From the NCBI GenBank assembly GCA_045539335.1, contig JAZQFD010000007.1, positions 18,986-82,985 on the forward strand: a stretch of DNA of 64,000 nucleotides, written 5' to 3'. Positions 54,569-63,840 of the stretch are shown here, one piece after another. The notes under the pieces are model-generated. The model saw only the letters and a list, made by a program, of their open reading frames with translations, was not told the origin of the DNA and did no database searches. Both the position numbers and the translations under genes were made by a program. How positions within the stretch are numbered: position 1 is the first letter of the stretch; every line of letters starts with the position of its first letter. The stretch is from Eubacteriales bacterium (GTDB lineage: Bacteria > Bacillota > Clostridia > Oscillospirales > QAKW01).

Positions 54569-54597
54569 AAGTATGTCCTCATGCAATAAAAAAATGC
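54569..54597 (-). promoter_or_regulatory. Candidate forespore (sigma-G/F-like) promoter for spoVAC
   Basis: The minus strand reads GCATT, 17 nt, then CATACTT. From memory the sigma-G consensus is about TGAATA-N17/18-CATACTA. Confidence 0.3.
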
Positions 54598-54620
54598 AGT
54601 CATCAAGACTGCATTTTTTA
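54587..54620 (-). terminator. Rho-independent terminator after the ABC ATPase gene
   Basis: The minus strand reads ATGCAGTCttgatGACTGCAT followed by TTTTTT. Confidence 0.7.
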
Positions 54621-55184
54621 TGTTTCACTGCTTAAGGGAAGAATCTGCGCCTGCAGAAGCTCCGCTTCTTCTTTCAGGTGGGTTACCATCAAAATGGCGC
54701 CCGTCCATTCCTTTAAAATCAGGTCGGCGGTGAGGCGCTTGGTATCATCGTCCAGTCCGTTGAAGGGCTCATCTAAAATCAAAAGGGAGGAGGGGGTGCA
54801 AAGGGCTCTTGCAATGGCGACTCGGCGGCGCATTCCGCCGGAAAGTTCCTCCGGATACTGGTGTAAATTTACACCAAGACCCAACGAAGTCAGGAGTTTC
54901 GTTGCTTTTTCTTCGTTTTTGGTAGCAAGAGCGGTATTTTGCAAAACCGTCTTATGAGAGAGCAGGCGATCCTCCTGAAACACCGCCGCAATGGGGAGAG
55001 AGGCTTGTAATACTGCTCCTTTTTGGGGCTTTTCCAAGCCCATGATCAGGCGCAAAACGGTGGTTTTTCCACAACCGGAGGGACCCATCAGCGCAAGGTG
55101 CTGACCCTCCTTTATGGTTAGGGAAAAATCCTTTAGTACAACGGTATCTCCATAGGAGAAAGAAACACGGTCCAGTTGAATCAT
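54618..55184 (-). CDS. ABC transporter ATP-binding protein (NitT/TauT-type, short form)
   Basis: 188 aa with Walker A GPSGCGKTT, LSGGMRRR and LILDEP. Confidence 0.88.
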   Translation of the reverse strand: MIQLDRVSFSYGDTVVLKDFSLTIKEGQHLALMGPSGCGKTTVLRLIMGLEKPQKGAVLQASLPIAAVFQEDRLLSHKTVLQNTALATKNEEKATKLLTSLGLGVNLHQYPEELSGGMRRRVAIARALCTPSSLLILDEPFNGLDDDTKRLTADLILKEWTGAILMVTHLKEEAELLQAQILPLSSET

Positions 55185-55942
55185 TGCTTTTTCTCCTTCC
55201 AGATGAAATGTAAGAGCAGTTCCAGCCCCAAAGAGAGCAGGGCGATGACGGCGGTAAGGGCAAAAACGGTGGGGGATTCCAAATCATATTTGGCGCTTTG
55301 GAGCAGATCGCCCAAGGAATAATCGGGGCGGCTGATGACCTCGGCGGCAACCCCGCTTTTCCAAGCAAAGCCCAAGCCGGTGACGCAGGCGGTGCGGAAA
55401 TAGGGAGAGAGGGCCGGCAGGCGGATCTCCTTCCACAGCCGCAGGCGGGAGAGCCCCAAAACCCTGCCCATCTCCAATTCCTTGATATCGGTATTGTCCA
55501 TGCCGGTGCGAAGGTTGCCCCAAAAGAGAGGCACCACCATCAAAAAGGCGATAAAGACCGGCAGATAGGGCGTTTCCACCCACACATAGGCCAAAATGAT
55601 AAAGGAGGCCACCGGCACCGAGCGAATCAGGTGCAAAAGGGGGGAGAACAGCCAATCAAAAAGGCCATAGCGATGGGATAAAATCCCCCCTAAGGTGCCC
55701 ACGGTTGCTGCCAGTAAAAAGCCATAGAGAATGCGCAGCATGGAAAGGGCGGCCGCCTTCCAAAAGGCAGGCTCTGCTACCAAAGCGAGAAGCGCCTGCC
55801 AAGTGGCGGCGGGGGTGGGGACCAGCAGCTCTTTATTGATGAGAGCGGCAATTCCTGCCCATAACACCACCCAAAGAAGGGCGCCCAGAGTCTTTTTGAC
55901 CCAAAGGGGAATATGGAATTGTTTGTTCTTCCATTTACGCAT
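55181..55942 (-). CDS. ABC transporter permease (NitT/TauT/ThiX-type)
   Basis: 253 aa with 6 TM helices and an EAA-like loop (LSRLRLWKEIRLPALSP). Confidence 0.85.
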   Translation of the reverse strand: MRKWKNKQFHIPLWVKKTLGALLWVVLWAGIAALINKELLVPTPAATWQALLALVAEPAFWKAAALSMLRILYGFLLAATVGTLGGILSHRYGLFDWLFSPLLHLIRSVPVASFIILAYVWVETPYLPVFIAFLMVVPLFWGNLRTGMDNTDIKELEMGRVLGLSRLRLWKEIRLPALSPYFRTACVTGLGFAWKSGVAAEVISRPDYSLGDLLQSAKYDLESPTVFALTAVIALLSLGLELLLHFIWKEKKQ

Positions 55943-56777
55943 TTAAAAAGTCCTTTAATTCTTTTAATTTTGATTGGGCATCGGTGCGTCCCAATTGATA
56001 TTGCGCCTCCAGACGGGCGGGATCTCGCTCCATTCTGCCGATTCCCAAATCCTTGGTGGGGCGGATCACAAAAAGCTCTCCCGCCGCCTCCAAGCCTTCG
56101 ATTTCTTCCACCGTTTTATTATAGAGCAGATGGCGGTTGGCCAAGGTCTCCAAAAAGGCGGGATATTTTCGATACATCCACTTGGCAAGGGTCAGATTCA
56201 TGGGCTTTTTCCGATAGCCGGCAGGCTGGGTCAACACTACCACCCGCTTGTTATAGCCCAGCTCCTTTGCCGCTTGGATGGGGATACTGTCGGCCACGCC
56301 GCCGTCCAGCAGTTTTTTGCCGTCGATCTCCACAATGGTAGAGACCATGGGCATGGAGGCCGATGCCCGAAGATAATCCATTTCTTTCTTCAGATCGGTA
56401 CAGCGAGGATAAATCGCCTTGCCGGTTAAAAGATCGGTGCAAACGGGATAATAGGCCGTTTTGCAGTTGGCAAAGGTCTCATAATCAAAGGGATCCAGCC
56501 GATCGGGCAGATCATGGTAGCAGAATTGCTCGCCCACCAAGCTGCCGGTGGTCAAAAGAGAGTAAAAACTCATAAAATTTTTATGGCGGCTGTATTTTTT
56601 ATAGTAGCGAATGGTGCGCCCCGGTTGATTGCCTAAATACACACTGCCGTGAATGGCACCGGCGGAGACCCCCAAAAGCCCATCAAAGGAGAGGCCTTCC
56701 TCCATAAAGACGTCCAATACGCCGGCAGTATAAATGGCACGCATGGCGCCGCCTTCTAAAACCAGTCCAGTTTTCAT
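55935..56777 (-). CDS. Patatin-like phospholipase
   Basis: 280 aa with LVLEGGAMRAIYTAGV (GGxR) and GVSAGA (GxSxG). Confidence 0.88.
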   Translation of the reverse strand: MKTGLVLEGGAMRAIYTAGVLDVFMEEGLSFDGLLGVSAGAIHGSVYLGNQPGRTIRYYKKYSRHKNFMSFYSLLTTGSLVGEQFCYHDLPDRLDPFDYETFANCKTAYYPVCTDLLTGKAIYPRCTDLKKEMDYLRASASMPMVSTIVEIDGKKLLDGGVADSIPIQAAKELGYNKRVVVLTQPAGYRKKPMNLTLAKWMYRKYPAFLETLANRHLLYNKTVEEIEGLEAAGELFVIRPTKDLGIGRMERDPARLEAQYQLGRTDAQSKLKELKDFLNA

Positions 56778-56822
56778 TGGCTCAAAAAAACTCCTTCCCG
56801 TTAACCGGGAAGGAGTTTGGAG

Positions 56823-57764
56823 TTATTTTGCGTCGTAGTAGAAATCTGCTTCAGGCAGCTTGCCGCCCACCGCTTTGGGGTTGGCGTCAAAGAGTACCTT
56901 CAGATAGCCGCTGAGGCCTTTCTCCATTTCTTTACCGGTTACATAGGTAATATTACAATAGGGGATCGCCTTCTCCGCAACAGCAGCCTTGGGGATAATC
57001 TTATAGGTTTCGCAAAGGGTTGCAGCCTCGGCAACATTGTTGTTGACCGCTTCAATGGAATCTTTATAGTTTCCTAAAAAGGCTTCCACGGTCTTGGGAT
57101 TGGCTTTGAGATATTCATCTCGAACCACCAAGCAACCCATCATTAACTGATCGTCGGGGCTGACCTTATCCCACTCGGCAGTCATATCCAAAGCGATCTT
57201 AAAATCGGTTTTGGCTTGCACAGTGGTGGCAACCGGCTGAGGAACCATGGCGATCTCGGCTTCGCCGGAGCCCATCTTGGCGGTCAGCTCATCGTTGTTG
57301 GCGGCAAACTTAATGGTGGCCTCCACATTGTTTTTAGCCAAGAGATATCTCAACACATATTCGGGATTGGCGCCCTCGCCCATGGCGTAGATGGTCTTGC
57401 CGTTGAGATCGGCCATGGTCTTGACCGTTCCGGTTTTATCCATCATATAAAGCACGCCCAAGGTGTTGACGCAAAGAACGGTTACCTCTCCATTCAACTT
57501 ATTGTAGAGAGCGGCGGCCGCATTGGTGGGCAGAGCGGCGATATCGGCCTCTTTGCTGGAAAACTTGCCGATCACGGCGGTGGCATCGTCTGCAATCTGC
57601 ACCTTATATTTGTCCATCACATGAACCATGCCCACGCCGGTGGGACCGGCAATGGCATAAACATTGGGGGCCACCTCCGGCGCTTCTTCTTTACAGCTGG
57701 TGAACATCATTGTAGCACAAATCAACGCTAAAATCAAACAAAATACTCTTGTGAACTTTTTCAT
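56823..57764 (-). CDS. ABC substrate-binding lipoprotein (NMT1/THI5-like)
   Basis: I use the start MKKFTRVFCLILALICATMMFTSC (lipobox). The ATG overlaps the crp-family gene stop. Confidence 0.8.
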   Translation of the reverse strand: MKKFTRVFCLILALICATMMFTSCKEEAPEVAPNVYAIAGPTGVGMVHVMDKYKVQIADDATAVIGKFSSKEADIAALPTNAAAALYNKLNGEVTVLCVNTLGVLYMMDKTGTVKTMADLNGKTIYAMGEGANPEYVLRYLLAKNNVEATIKFAANNDELTAKMGSGEAEIAMVPQPVATTVQAKTDFKIALDMTAEWDKVSPDDQLMMGCLVVRDEYLKANPKTVEAFLGNYKDSIEAVNNNVAEAATLCETYKIIPKAAVAEKAIPYCNITYVTGKEMEKGLSGYLKVLFDANPKAVGGKLPEADFYYDAK

Positions 57765-58387
57765 ACGTTTCCCTCCCGATACCATTTGGCATCTTTTTTG
57801 AAAATTTCTTTTTTCTCCGTTAACTGCTCCAGCGTGCGATACAGGCTGGTTCTGCCGATGTTGAGCTCCTTTGCCAGAGAGGAAAGCCCTCCGGGAAAGA
57901 GGATCTCTCCATCGGCGGCGGTATGGTTTTTAATATATCCCATCAGCCGCTCCTCCACCGAGCCTTCGGTGTATAGCCGGATCTTATCGTTCAAGTATAA
58001 GATCCGCCGGTGCAGAAAACGAATATAATTCATCGAGATCGCAGGTGATTGCTCCATCCATTTTTCCAAAAGCGTTTCTTCAATGAATTGAAGCTTCACC
58101 CGAGAAAGGGCGGTAATGGTGGAGGCATATCGGGCGCTTCCGAAAAGGGCGGTCACGCCGAAAACATTGCCTGCTTCCAAGGTTCTTACCCGAGCGCCGC
58201 TATGGGAGCAAACAGAGATTCGCCCCTCCAGCACCACCGCAAAGGCACGGGGGAAATCCGATTCACTGTAGATCGTGGTTCCCTTTTCAAAGACCTTGGG
58301 CGGAGCAAGCATCTTCAGACAGTCTTGAACGGTATTTTCCGGCAAGCCTTGCCATAAAAATAAATTGTTAAGAATGTCCTGTTTCAT
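57761..58387 (-). CDS. Crp/Fnr-family transcription regulator
   Basis: 208 aa with a cNMP-binding-like beta-roll and a C-terminal HTH (SLAKELNIGRTSLYRTLEQL). Confidence 0.88.
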   Translation of the reverse strand: MKQDILNNLFLWQGLPENTVQDCLKMLAPPKVFEKGTTIYSESDFPRAFAVVLEGRISVCSHSGARVRTLEAGNVFGVTALFGSARYASTITALSRVKLQFIEETLLEKWMEQSPAISMNYIRFLHRRILYLNDKIRLYTEGSVEERLMGYIKNHTAADGEILFPGGLSSLAKELNIGRTSLYRTLEQLTEKKEIFKKDAKWYREGNV

Positions 58388-58405
58388 ACGACAACCTCTT
58401 TAAAC

Positions 58406-58421
58406 TGTTCCATTTGGAACA
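58406..58421. promoter_or_regulatory. Perfect palindrome TGTTC-N6-GAACA, candidate Crp/Fnr-family operator
   Basis: TGTTCCATTTGGAACA lies between the predicted -10 element and the RBS of the crp-family gene. Confidence 0.4.
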
Positions 58422-58433
58422 CTTTTCATCCAT

Positions 58434-58462
58434 ATTATACCATGGCCTTTTTCAAATGTAAA
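58434..58462 (-). promoter_or_regulatory. Sigma-70-type promoter for the crp-family gene
   Basis: The minus strand reads TTTACA, 17 nt, then TATAAT. Confidence 0.55.
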
Positions 58463-58520
58463 CCCCAAAATGCAAAAAAATGCGGAAGGAATAAACCTCC
58501 CGCATTCTTTTATTCGTTTT

Positions 58521-58712
58521 TTATGCAATGGCTGCGTTGATCTTCTCCAGCAGGGCGTCCACATCGGCACCGTGCACCGCACAAGCCTGCTCAATGCTCT
58601 CGCCTCTGGCAGAGGGGCAGCCCAGGCAATGCATGCCGATCTCTAAAAAGAGGGCGGCAGTCTGGGGATAATTATCCAGCACTTCAGCAATAATGGTATC
58701 CTTGGTAATCAT
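58521..58712 (-). CDS. DUF1858 / hybrid-cluster-protein-associated redox disulfide domain protein
   Basis: 63 aa with TIAEVLDNYPQTAALFLEIGMHCLGCP. Confidence 0.8.
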   Translation of the reverse strand: MITKDTIIAEVLDNYPQTAALFLEIGMHCLGCPSARGESIEQACAVHGADVDALLEKINAAIA

Positions 58713-58793
58713 GAAAAAGGACCTCCTTTTTTGAATTTCTGTAACTATTATAGCTGATTTTTCGAAAAATGCAAAGGGATTTTTGTTTTTTGG

Positions 58794-58822
58794 TTTACAT
58801 TTCCTTTGAAAAGTGTTATACT
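58794..58822 (+). promoter_or_regulatory. Sigma-70-type promoter for femX-like gene
   Basis: TTTACA, 17 nt, then TATACT with a TGT extended -10. Confidence 0.5.
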
Positions 58823-58867
58823 AAGATGAATTATTATGGATTAATATGTTCAAAAGGAGAATTTCCT

Positions 58868-59926
58868 GTGGAATTATTAGATTTAAAGAACCCTGCCGCT
58901 GTGGCAGAATATGAAGCTTTTTTGGAGAGCCATCCCAAGGGTCACTTTGCCCAATCGGTGGAATGGGCAAAGCTGAAGACCGAATGGGAGTTTGAGGCTG
59001 TCATCGAGCGTAATGAAGAGGGCACCATTATCGGCACCATGGGTCTTTTGATTCGTAAGGTACCCGGCACCGCCATTATGTATTCCTGCCGTGGCCCTGT
59101 TTGCGATCTCCATGATGAAGCGTTGGTGGAGAAGCTGGTCAATGCCGCCGGTCAGGTGGGCAAAAAGTATCATGCCTGCTCCTTGAAGATCGATACCGAT
59201 ACCTCGGTGGAGGATGAGGAGTTTTGGAAGATCTGCCGGAAGCTGGGCTTCTCCGAGCCCAATCATTCCAAGAATTTTGAGGGGATTCAGCCCCGCTTTG
59301 TGTTCCGCCTGTATCTGGAAGGGCGCAATGAGGAAGAAATCTTGGCCTCCTTCCAGCAAAAGACCCGCTATAACATTCGGGTGGCTGTTAAAAAAGGCGT
59401 AGAGGTTCGCCTCTGCGGTGAAGAAGCCTTGCCCGATTTCCATCGCATCATGGTGACCACCGGCTCTCGGGACAATTTTGTGGTTCGTACCGAGGAGTAT
59501 TTCCGTCGGATGATGCGGGCGCTGGGCGAGCATGCTCGCCTCTACATGGCCTATCTGGATGGAAAAGCCATCGCCGGCACCCTTGCCATTGGTTATGGGG
59601 ACAAGGTGTGGTATCTTTACGGTGCTTCCTCCAATGAATACCGCAATGTGATGCCCAATTATCTGCTCCAATGGGAGATGATCAAATGGGCCATTGAGCG
59701 GGGGGCAAGAGTGTATGATTTCCGTGGCGTATCCGGCGATCTGAGTGAGGACAATCCTCTTTACGGTCTTTATCGCTTTAAGCGTGGCTTCAACGGGGAG
59801 TTTACCGAGTTTATCGGAGAGATGGACAAGGTGTATAATCCCTTGATGCTTCGCTGGTCCAAGTGGGGCAGTAAGGTATATCGCCGCATCAATATGGTCC
59901 TCTTTAGATTGAAGCATCGAAAATAA
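58868..59926 (+). CDS. FemAB-family peptidoglycan branch aminoacyl-transferase
   Basis: I prefer the GTG at 58868, 8 nt after AAGGAG (352 aa). It shows HFAQSVEWAKLK, TRYNIRVAVKKGVEV and LYGASSNEYRNVMPNYLLQWEMIKWA. Confidence 0.85.
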   Translation: MELLDLKNPAAVAEYEAFLESHPKGHFAQSVEWAKLKTEWEFEAVIERNEEGTIIGTMGLLIRKVPGTAIMYSCRGPVCDLHDEALVEKLVNAAGQVGKKYHACSLKIDTDTSVEDEEFWKICRKLGFSEPNHSKNFEGIQPRFVFRLYLEGRNEEEILASFQQKTRYNIRVAVKKGVEVRLCGEEALPDFHRIMVTTGSRDNFVVRTEEYFRRMMRALGEHARLYMAYLDGKAIAGTLAIGYGDKVWYLYGASSNEYRNVMPNYLLQWEMIKWAIERGARVYDFRGVSGDLSEDNPLYGLYRFKRGFNGEFTEFIGEMDKVYNPLMLRWSKWGSKVYRRINMVLFRLKHRK

Positions 59927-61002
59927 TGGCGAGACTGATTGTTGAAAAATCAAATATTATCGAGAATTACCGCCTGCTTTCAGAGCGGGTGGGGGTTCCT
60001 GTGATCCCGGTGCTGAAGGCCAATGGCTATGGTTTGGGTGCCGAGGGTCTTTTCGAGATTCTCAAAGACCAAGGGATTTCTCTGATGGCGGTCAGCCGTC
60101 TGGAGGAGGCCTTGCCCCTTTGCGGGCGGGAGGTGGAGATTTTAGTCCTCTCCTGCGGCAGAGGAGAAGCCTATGCCAAAGCCCTTTTGGAGGCAGGGGT
60201 GACTGCCGCTTTGGATGATCTCTCCTTTGCCAAGACCCTCTCGGCTCTGGCAGAAGAAGCGGGCCAAACCATGCGGGTTCATCTGAAGATCGATACCGGC
60301 ATGGGTCGCTTTGGCTTTCAGCCTTGGGAGATTAAGGAAATGGCAGAGATCTTTTCCCTGCCTGCTTTGGAGGTTTGCGGTATCTTTACCCATTGCCATT
60401 CCGCCTTTTTGGAAAATGGCTCGGCAGAGGAGCAACGCCAGCTTTTTGAAGAAGCTCTTTCGGCGCTGGAGGCAAAGGGGATTTCGTTGCCTCTGTGCCA
60501 TATGGCCAATTCTTCTGCCGCTTTAAAAGGCCTCTGCCTTTATGATGGAGTTCGAATCGGATCGGCCTTAACCGGTCGGGTGCCCTTTGCCACCGATCTG
60601 CCCTTGAAAAAGGTCGGGCGCTTTGAAGCGGAGATCTTGAGCATTCGCACTCTGCCTGCCGGCAGTAATCTGGGCTATGGCAGTGTGTATAAGCTGAAAA
60701 AGGATACCAAGGTGGCGGTGGTGGCCGCCGGCGCTCAGGACGGTTTGTTGCGAAGCAAGGAGCCGGATCTCTTCCGCTTTTTGGATTGCTGCCGTTATTT
60801 ATATCATGATCTTTTGCTCTTTTTCAAAAAGCCTCGCCGTGGGGGACGGGTCGGTGGAAAATTTGCGCCCATGTTGGGCAGACCCGCCACCGGTCATAGC
60901 TTTTATGATGTAACGAATATCCCCTGCCAAGAGGGGGACTATATGGTGTTGGATGTGGCCCCCTTAAGAGTGGATGCCACTGTGGAGCGGATCTATGAGT
61001 AA
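59926..61002 (+). CDS. Alanine-racemase-family PLP enzyme
   Basis: 358 aa with VIPVLKANGYGLGA (PLP lysine). The start overlaps the femX-like stop (TAATG). Confidence 0.75.
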   Translation: MARLIVEKSNIIENYRLLSERVGVPVIPVLKANGYGLGAEGLFEILKDQGISLMAVSRLEEALPLCGREVEILVLSCGRGEAYAKALLEAGVTAALDDLSFAKTLSALAEEAGQTMRVHLKIDTGMGRFGFQPWEIKEMAEIFSLPALEVCGIFTHCHSAFLENGSAEEQRQLFEEALSALEAKGISLPLCHMANSSAALKGLCLYDGVRIGSALTGRVPFATDLPLKKVGRFEAEILSIRTLPAGSNLGYGSVYKLKKDTKVAVVAAGAQDGLLRSKEPDLFRFLDCCRYLYHDLLLFFKKPRRGGRVGGKFAPMLGRPATGHSFYDVTNIPCQEGDYMVLDVAPLRVDATVERIYE

Positions 61003-61927
61003 ATTATTAGGAAACCCCGAGATTCGGCGGGAACTGAGCAAGGAGCATTTTGCCCATGCTTATTTGATCGCCGGCGAGGCGGGGATGGGAAAAAAGACCT
61101 TGGCTCGCTTGCTGGCCGAAAAGCTGACCGGCGATACCAAGGGGGCTGTCCTGCGGGATGAGCATCCCGATGTTCTTTGGCTGGCGCCTAAGGAGAAGGG
61201 CAAGCAGATCCCGGTGGATGAGGTGCGTGCCTTTCGGGGGGAGGCTTATGTGCTGCCCAATCAGTCCCCCAAAAAAGTATTGATCATCGATCAATGCGAT
61301 TGCCTCAATGAAAGCGGGCAAAATGCCATTTTGAAGATTTTGGAGGAGCCTCCCGCCCATGCGGTGTTTTTATTGCTGGCAAGCAGTCGGGAAGCCATGC
61401 TCCCTACCATTCGCTCCCGTTGCGTCATTTGGGAGATGCAGCCGGTAGGGGAGGCTGAAGGCGTTTCCTTTTTAAAAGAGCGTTTCCCCGAGGAAGAGCG
61501 GGTGGCTACCCTATTGAAGGCCGCCGGCGGAAATCTGGGAAAGGCCATGGACTATCTGGAAGGAGGCACCTTGCTGACCTATGGGGAAGTGGGCGTGCGC
61601 TTTTTGGGCAAGCTTTGCCGCAGTAAGCGGCTGGAGGCCGATCAGATTTTAAGCGGCCTGCCCAAAGGGGATTTTTCCTGCTTTTTGGATAGCTTTTCTC
61701 GGCTGTGTCGAGACTTTCTTTTATATAAGACCGGCAGTGGCGAGGAAAATATTGTTTTTTTGGAAAGTGTCTTGCAAATCAAGGCATTTTTAGGTAGAAT
61801 GAAGCTGGAGCAGCTTTATAAAATGGCGGCGTTGACGCTGGATTGTAAAACCGCTCTTTCGGAAAACGGCAATGAAAATTTAGTAAAAACTTGGTTCATT
61901 GCAGAGATGGGAGAATTATTAAGTTGA
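60995..61927 (+). CDS. holB: DNA polymerase III subunit delta'
   Basis: I use the start MSKLLGNPEI (310 aa). It shows HAYLIAGEAGMGKKTLA and ILKILEEPP. Confidence 0.88.
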   Translation: MSKLLGNPEIRRELSKEHFAHAYLIAGEAGMGKKTLARLLAEKLTGDTKGAVLRDEHPDVLWLAPKEKGKQIPVDEVRAFRGEAYVLPNQSPKKVLIIDQCDCLNESGQNAILKILEEPPAHAVFLLLASSREAMLPTIRSRCVIWEMQPVGEAEGVSFLKERFPEEERVATLLKAAGGNLGKAMDYLEGGTLLTYGEVGVRFLGKLCRSKRLEADQILSGLPKGDFSCFLDSFSRLCRDFLLYKTGSGEENIVFLESVLQIKAFLGRMKLEQLYKMAALTLDCKTALSENGNENLVKTWFIAEMGELLS

Positions 61928-62790
61928 CCAATATTGTTGGTGTTCGTTTTAAAGAAAACGGCAAAATTTATTATTTTGACCCCAAGGGTCTTGCGCTGAA
62001 GCAAGGAGACTTTTGCGTGGTAGAAACCGCTCGTGGCACCGAGTGCGGCGAGGTGGCCATTGCCCCCAAGGCAGTGGAAGATTATGAGGTGGTGCAGCCC
62101 TTAAAGCCGGTACTGCGCATCGCTGATTCGGTAGACCATCGGCAGATGGAAAAGAATCGTGCACGGGAGAAGCGTGCCGCCGAGATCTTTGTGGAAAAAG
62201 GAAAGAAGCATCGGCTGGAAATGTCGCTGGTGGATGTGGAATATGCCTTTGATGGCAGTAAGATCATTTTCTTTTTCACCGCCGAAGGGCGTGTGGATTT
62301 CCGTGAGCTGGTAAAGGATCTGGCCTCGGTCTTTAAGACCCGCATCGAATTGCGCCAAATCGGCGTTCGGGATGAGTGCAAAATGATGGGCGGCATCGGC
62401 ATGTGCGGCAGACCCTTCTGCTGCAGTCAGTTCTTAAATGATTTCAGCCGTGTGACCATCAAAAGCGCCAAGGATCAGGGTTTGCCTCTGAATCCGGTGA
62501 AGATCAGCGGTGTTTGCGGTATTCTGATGTGCTGTCTTAATTATGAGGAAAGCACCTACCAAGAGCTCAATAAGCATCTGCCCAAGGTGGGCGCTCAGGT
62601 AGAAACCCCCAATGGAAAGGGGACCGCCGTCGAGGTGGCCACTCTGACCGGTAAAGTAAAGGTTCGCTTTGTGGCCGAGGATGGGAATGTGACCTTTGAG
62701 ACCTATGATGCCAAAGAATTGAAATTTCAAAAGCCCCCTCGCCCCCAGCAAAAAGAAAATAAGAAAGAAAAAGAACCGATCCAAGAGTAA
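61924..62790 (+). CDS. ricT: PSP1-domain protein (YaaT/RicT, stage 0 sporulation)
   Basis: The TTG start overlaps the holB stop. It shows VGVRFKENGKIYYFDP and MCGRPFCCSQFL. Confidence 0.85.
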   Translation: MTNIVGVRFKENGKIYYFDPKGLALKQGDFCVVETARGTECGEVAIAPKAVEDYEVVQPLKPVLRIADSVDHRQMEKNRAREKRAAEIFVEKGKKHRLEMSLVDVEYAFDGSKIIFFFTAEGRVDFRELVKDLASVFKTRIELRQIGVRDECKMMGGIGMCGRPFCCSQFLNDFSRVTIKSAKDQGLPLNPVKISGVCGILMCCLNYEESTYQELNKHLPKVGAQVETPNGKGTAVEVATLTGKVKVRFVAEDGNVTFETYDAKELKFQKPPRPQQKENKKEKEPIQE

Positions 62791-62801
62791 AAAAATTGTA
62801 A

Positions 62802-63035
<234 letters not shown>

Positions 63036-63050
63036 GCGACATAATGAAAT

Positions 63051-63088
63051 AAAAAAACAACCGCTCTTCGGAGCGGTTGTTTTTTTAT
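63051..63088 (+). terminator. Rho-independent terminator after ferredoxin
   Basis: AACAACCGCTCttcgGAGCGGTTGTTTTTTT. Confidence 0.8.
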
Positions 63089-63162
63089 TTATGAAGATTC
63101 CCTCTCAGCTCTTTATTTTAAGGGCGGTTTATGTTAGAATAGAAAAAAGGAGTTGATGGCAG

Positions 63163-63840
63163 ATGAGCCGAATATTATTGGTGGAGGATGATCGCAGCAT
63201 CATCAGCTCCCTTTCTGCATTTTTGCAGGAGGAGGGCTTTGAGGTGGAAGGCGCTGTTGGGCAAAAGAGCGCCCTTTTAAAAATGGAAGAAGGCGCTTAT
63301 GATCTGGTGCTGCTGGATGTATCTTTGGCCGATGGAAATGGCTTTGCCGTTTGCTCCGCCATTAAAAAGAATTATGACACGCCGGTGATCTTCTTAACCG
63401 CCAGCGGCGATGAATATAGCGTGGTCACCGGCTTGGATCTGGGGGCCGATGATTATATCAATAAACCCTTTCGCCCTCGGGAGCTGATCTCCCGCATTCG
63501 AAATGTTCTTCGCCGCAGAAGTCGGGGCAATGCGGCTTTGGAATTGGGGGATCTGCGAGTGGATCCCGATAAAGCAATCGTTACCAAAGGGGGAAAAGAA
63601 TTGTTTCTCTCTCCTTTGGAGTATCGCTTGCTTTTGGTGTTTCTCAATCATCGGGGGGCGGTGCTCTCCCGCACTCAGCTTTTAGAGGAGATCTGGGATA
63701 TGGCGGGGGAATATGTCAATGATAATACCCTCACCGTCTATATTAAGCGCCTGCGGGAGAAGATCGAAGAGGATCCTCAGAATCCCGCTCTTATCCGCAC
63801 CGTCCGTGGAATCGGATATAAGGTAGGTGAGGAAGGGTGA
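63163..63840 (+). CDS. OmpR-family response regulator
   Basis: 225 aa with a receiver domain (LLDVSLADGNG) and a winged helix (IRTVRGIGYKV). Confidence 0.92.
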   Translation: MSRILLVEDDRSIISSLSAFLQEEGFEVEGAVGQKSALLKMEEGAYDLVLLDVSLADGNGFAVCSAIKKNYDTPVIFLTASGDEYSVVTGLDLGADDYINKPFRPRELISRIRNVLRRRSRGNAALELGDLRVDPDKAIVTKGGKELFLSPLEYRLLLVFLNHRGAVLSRTQLLEEIWDMAGEYVNDNTLTVYIKRLREKIEEDPQNPALIRTVRGIGYKVGEEG

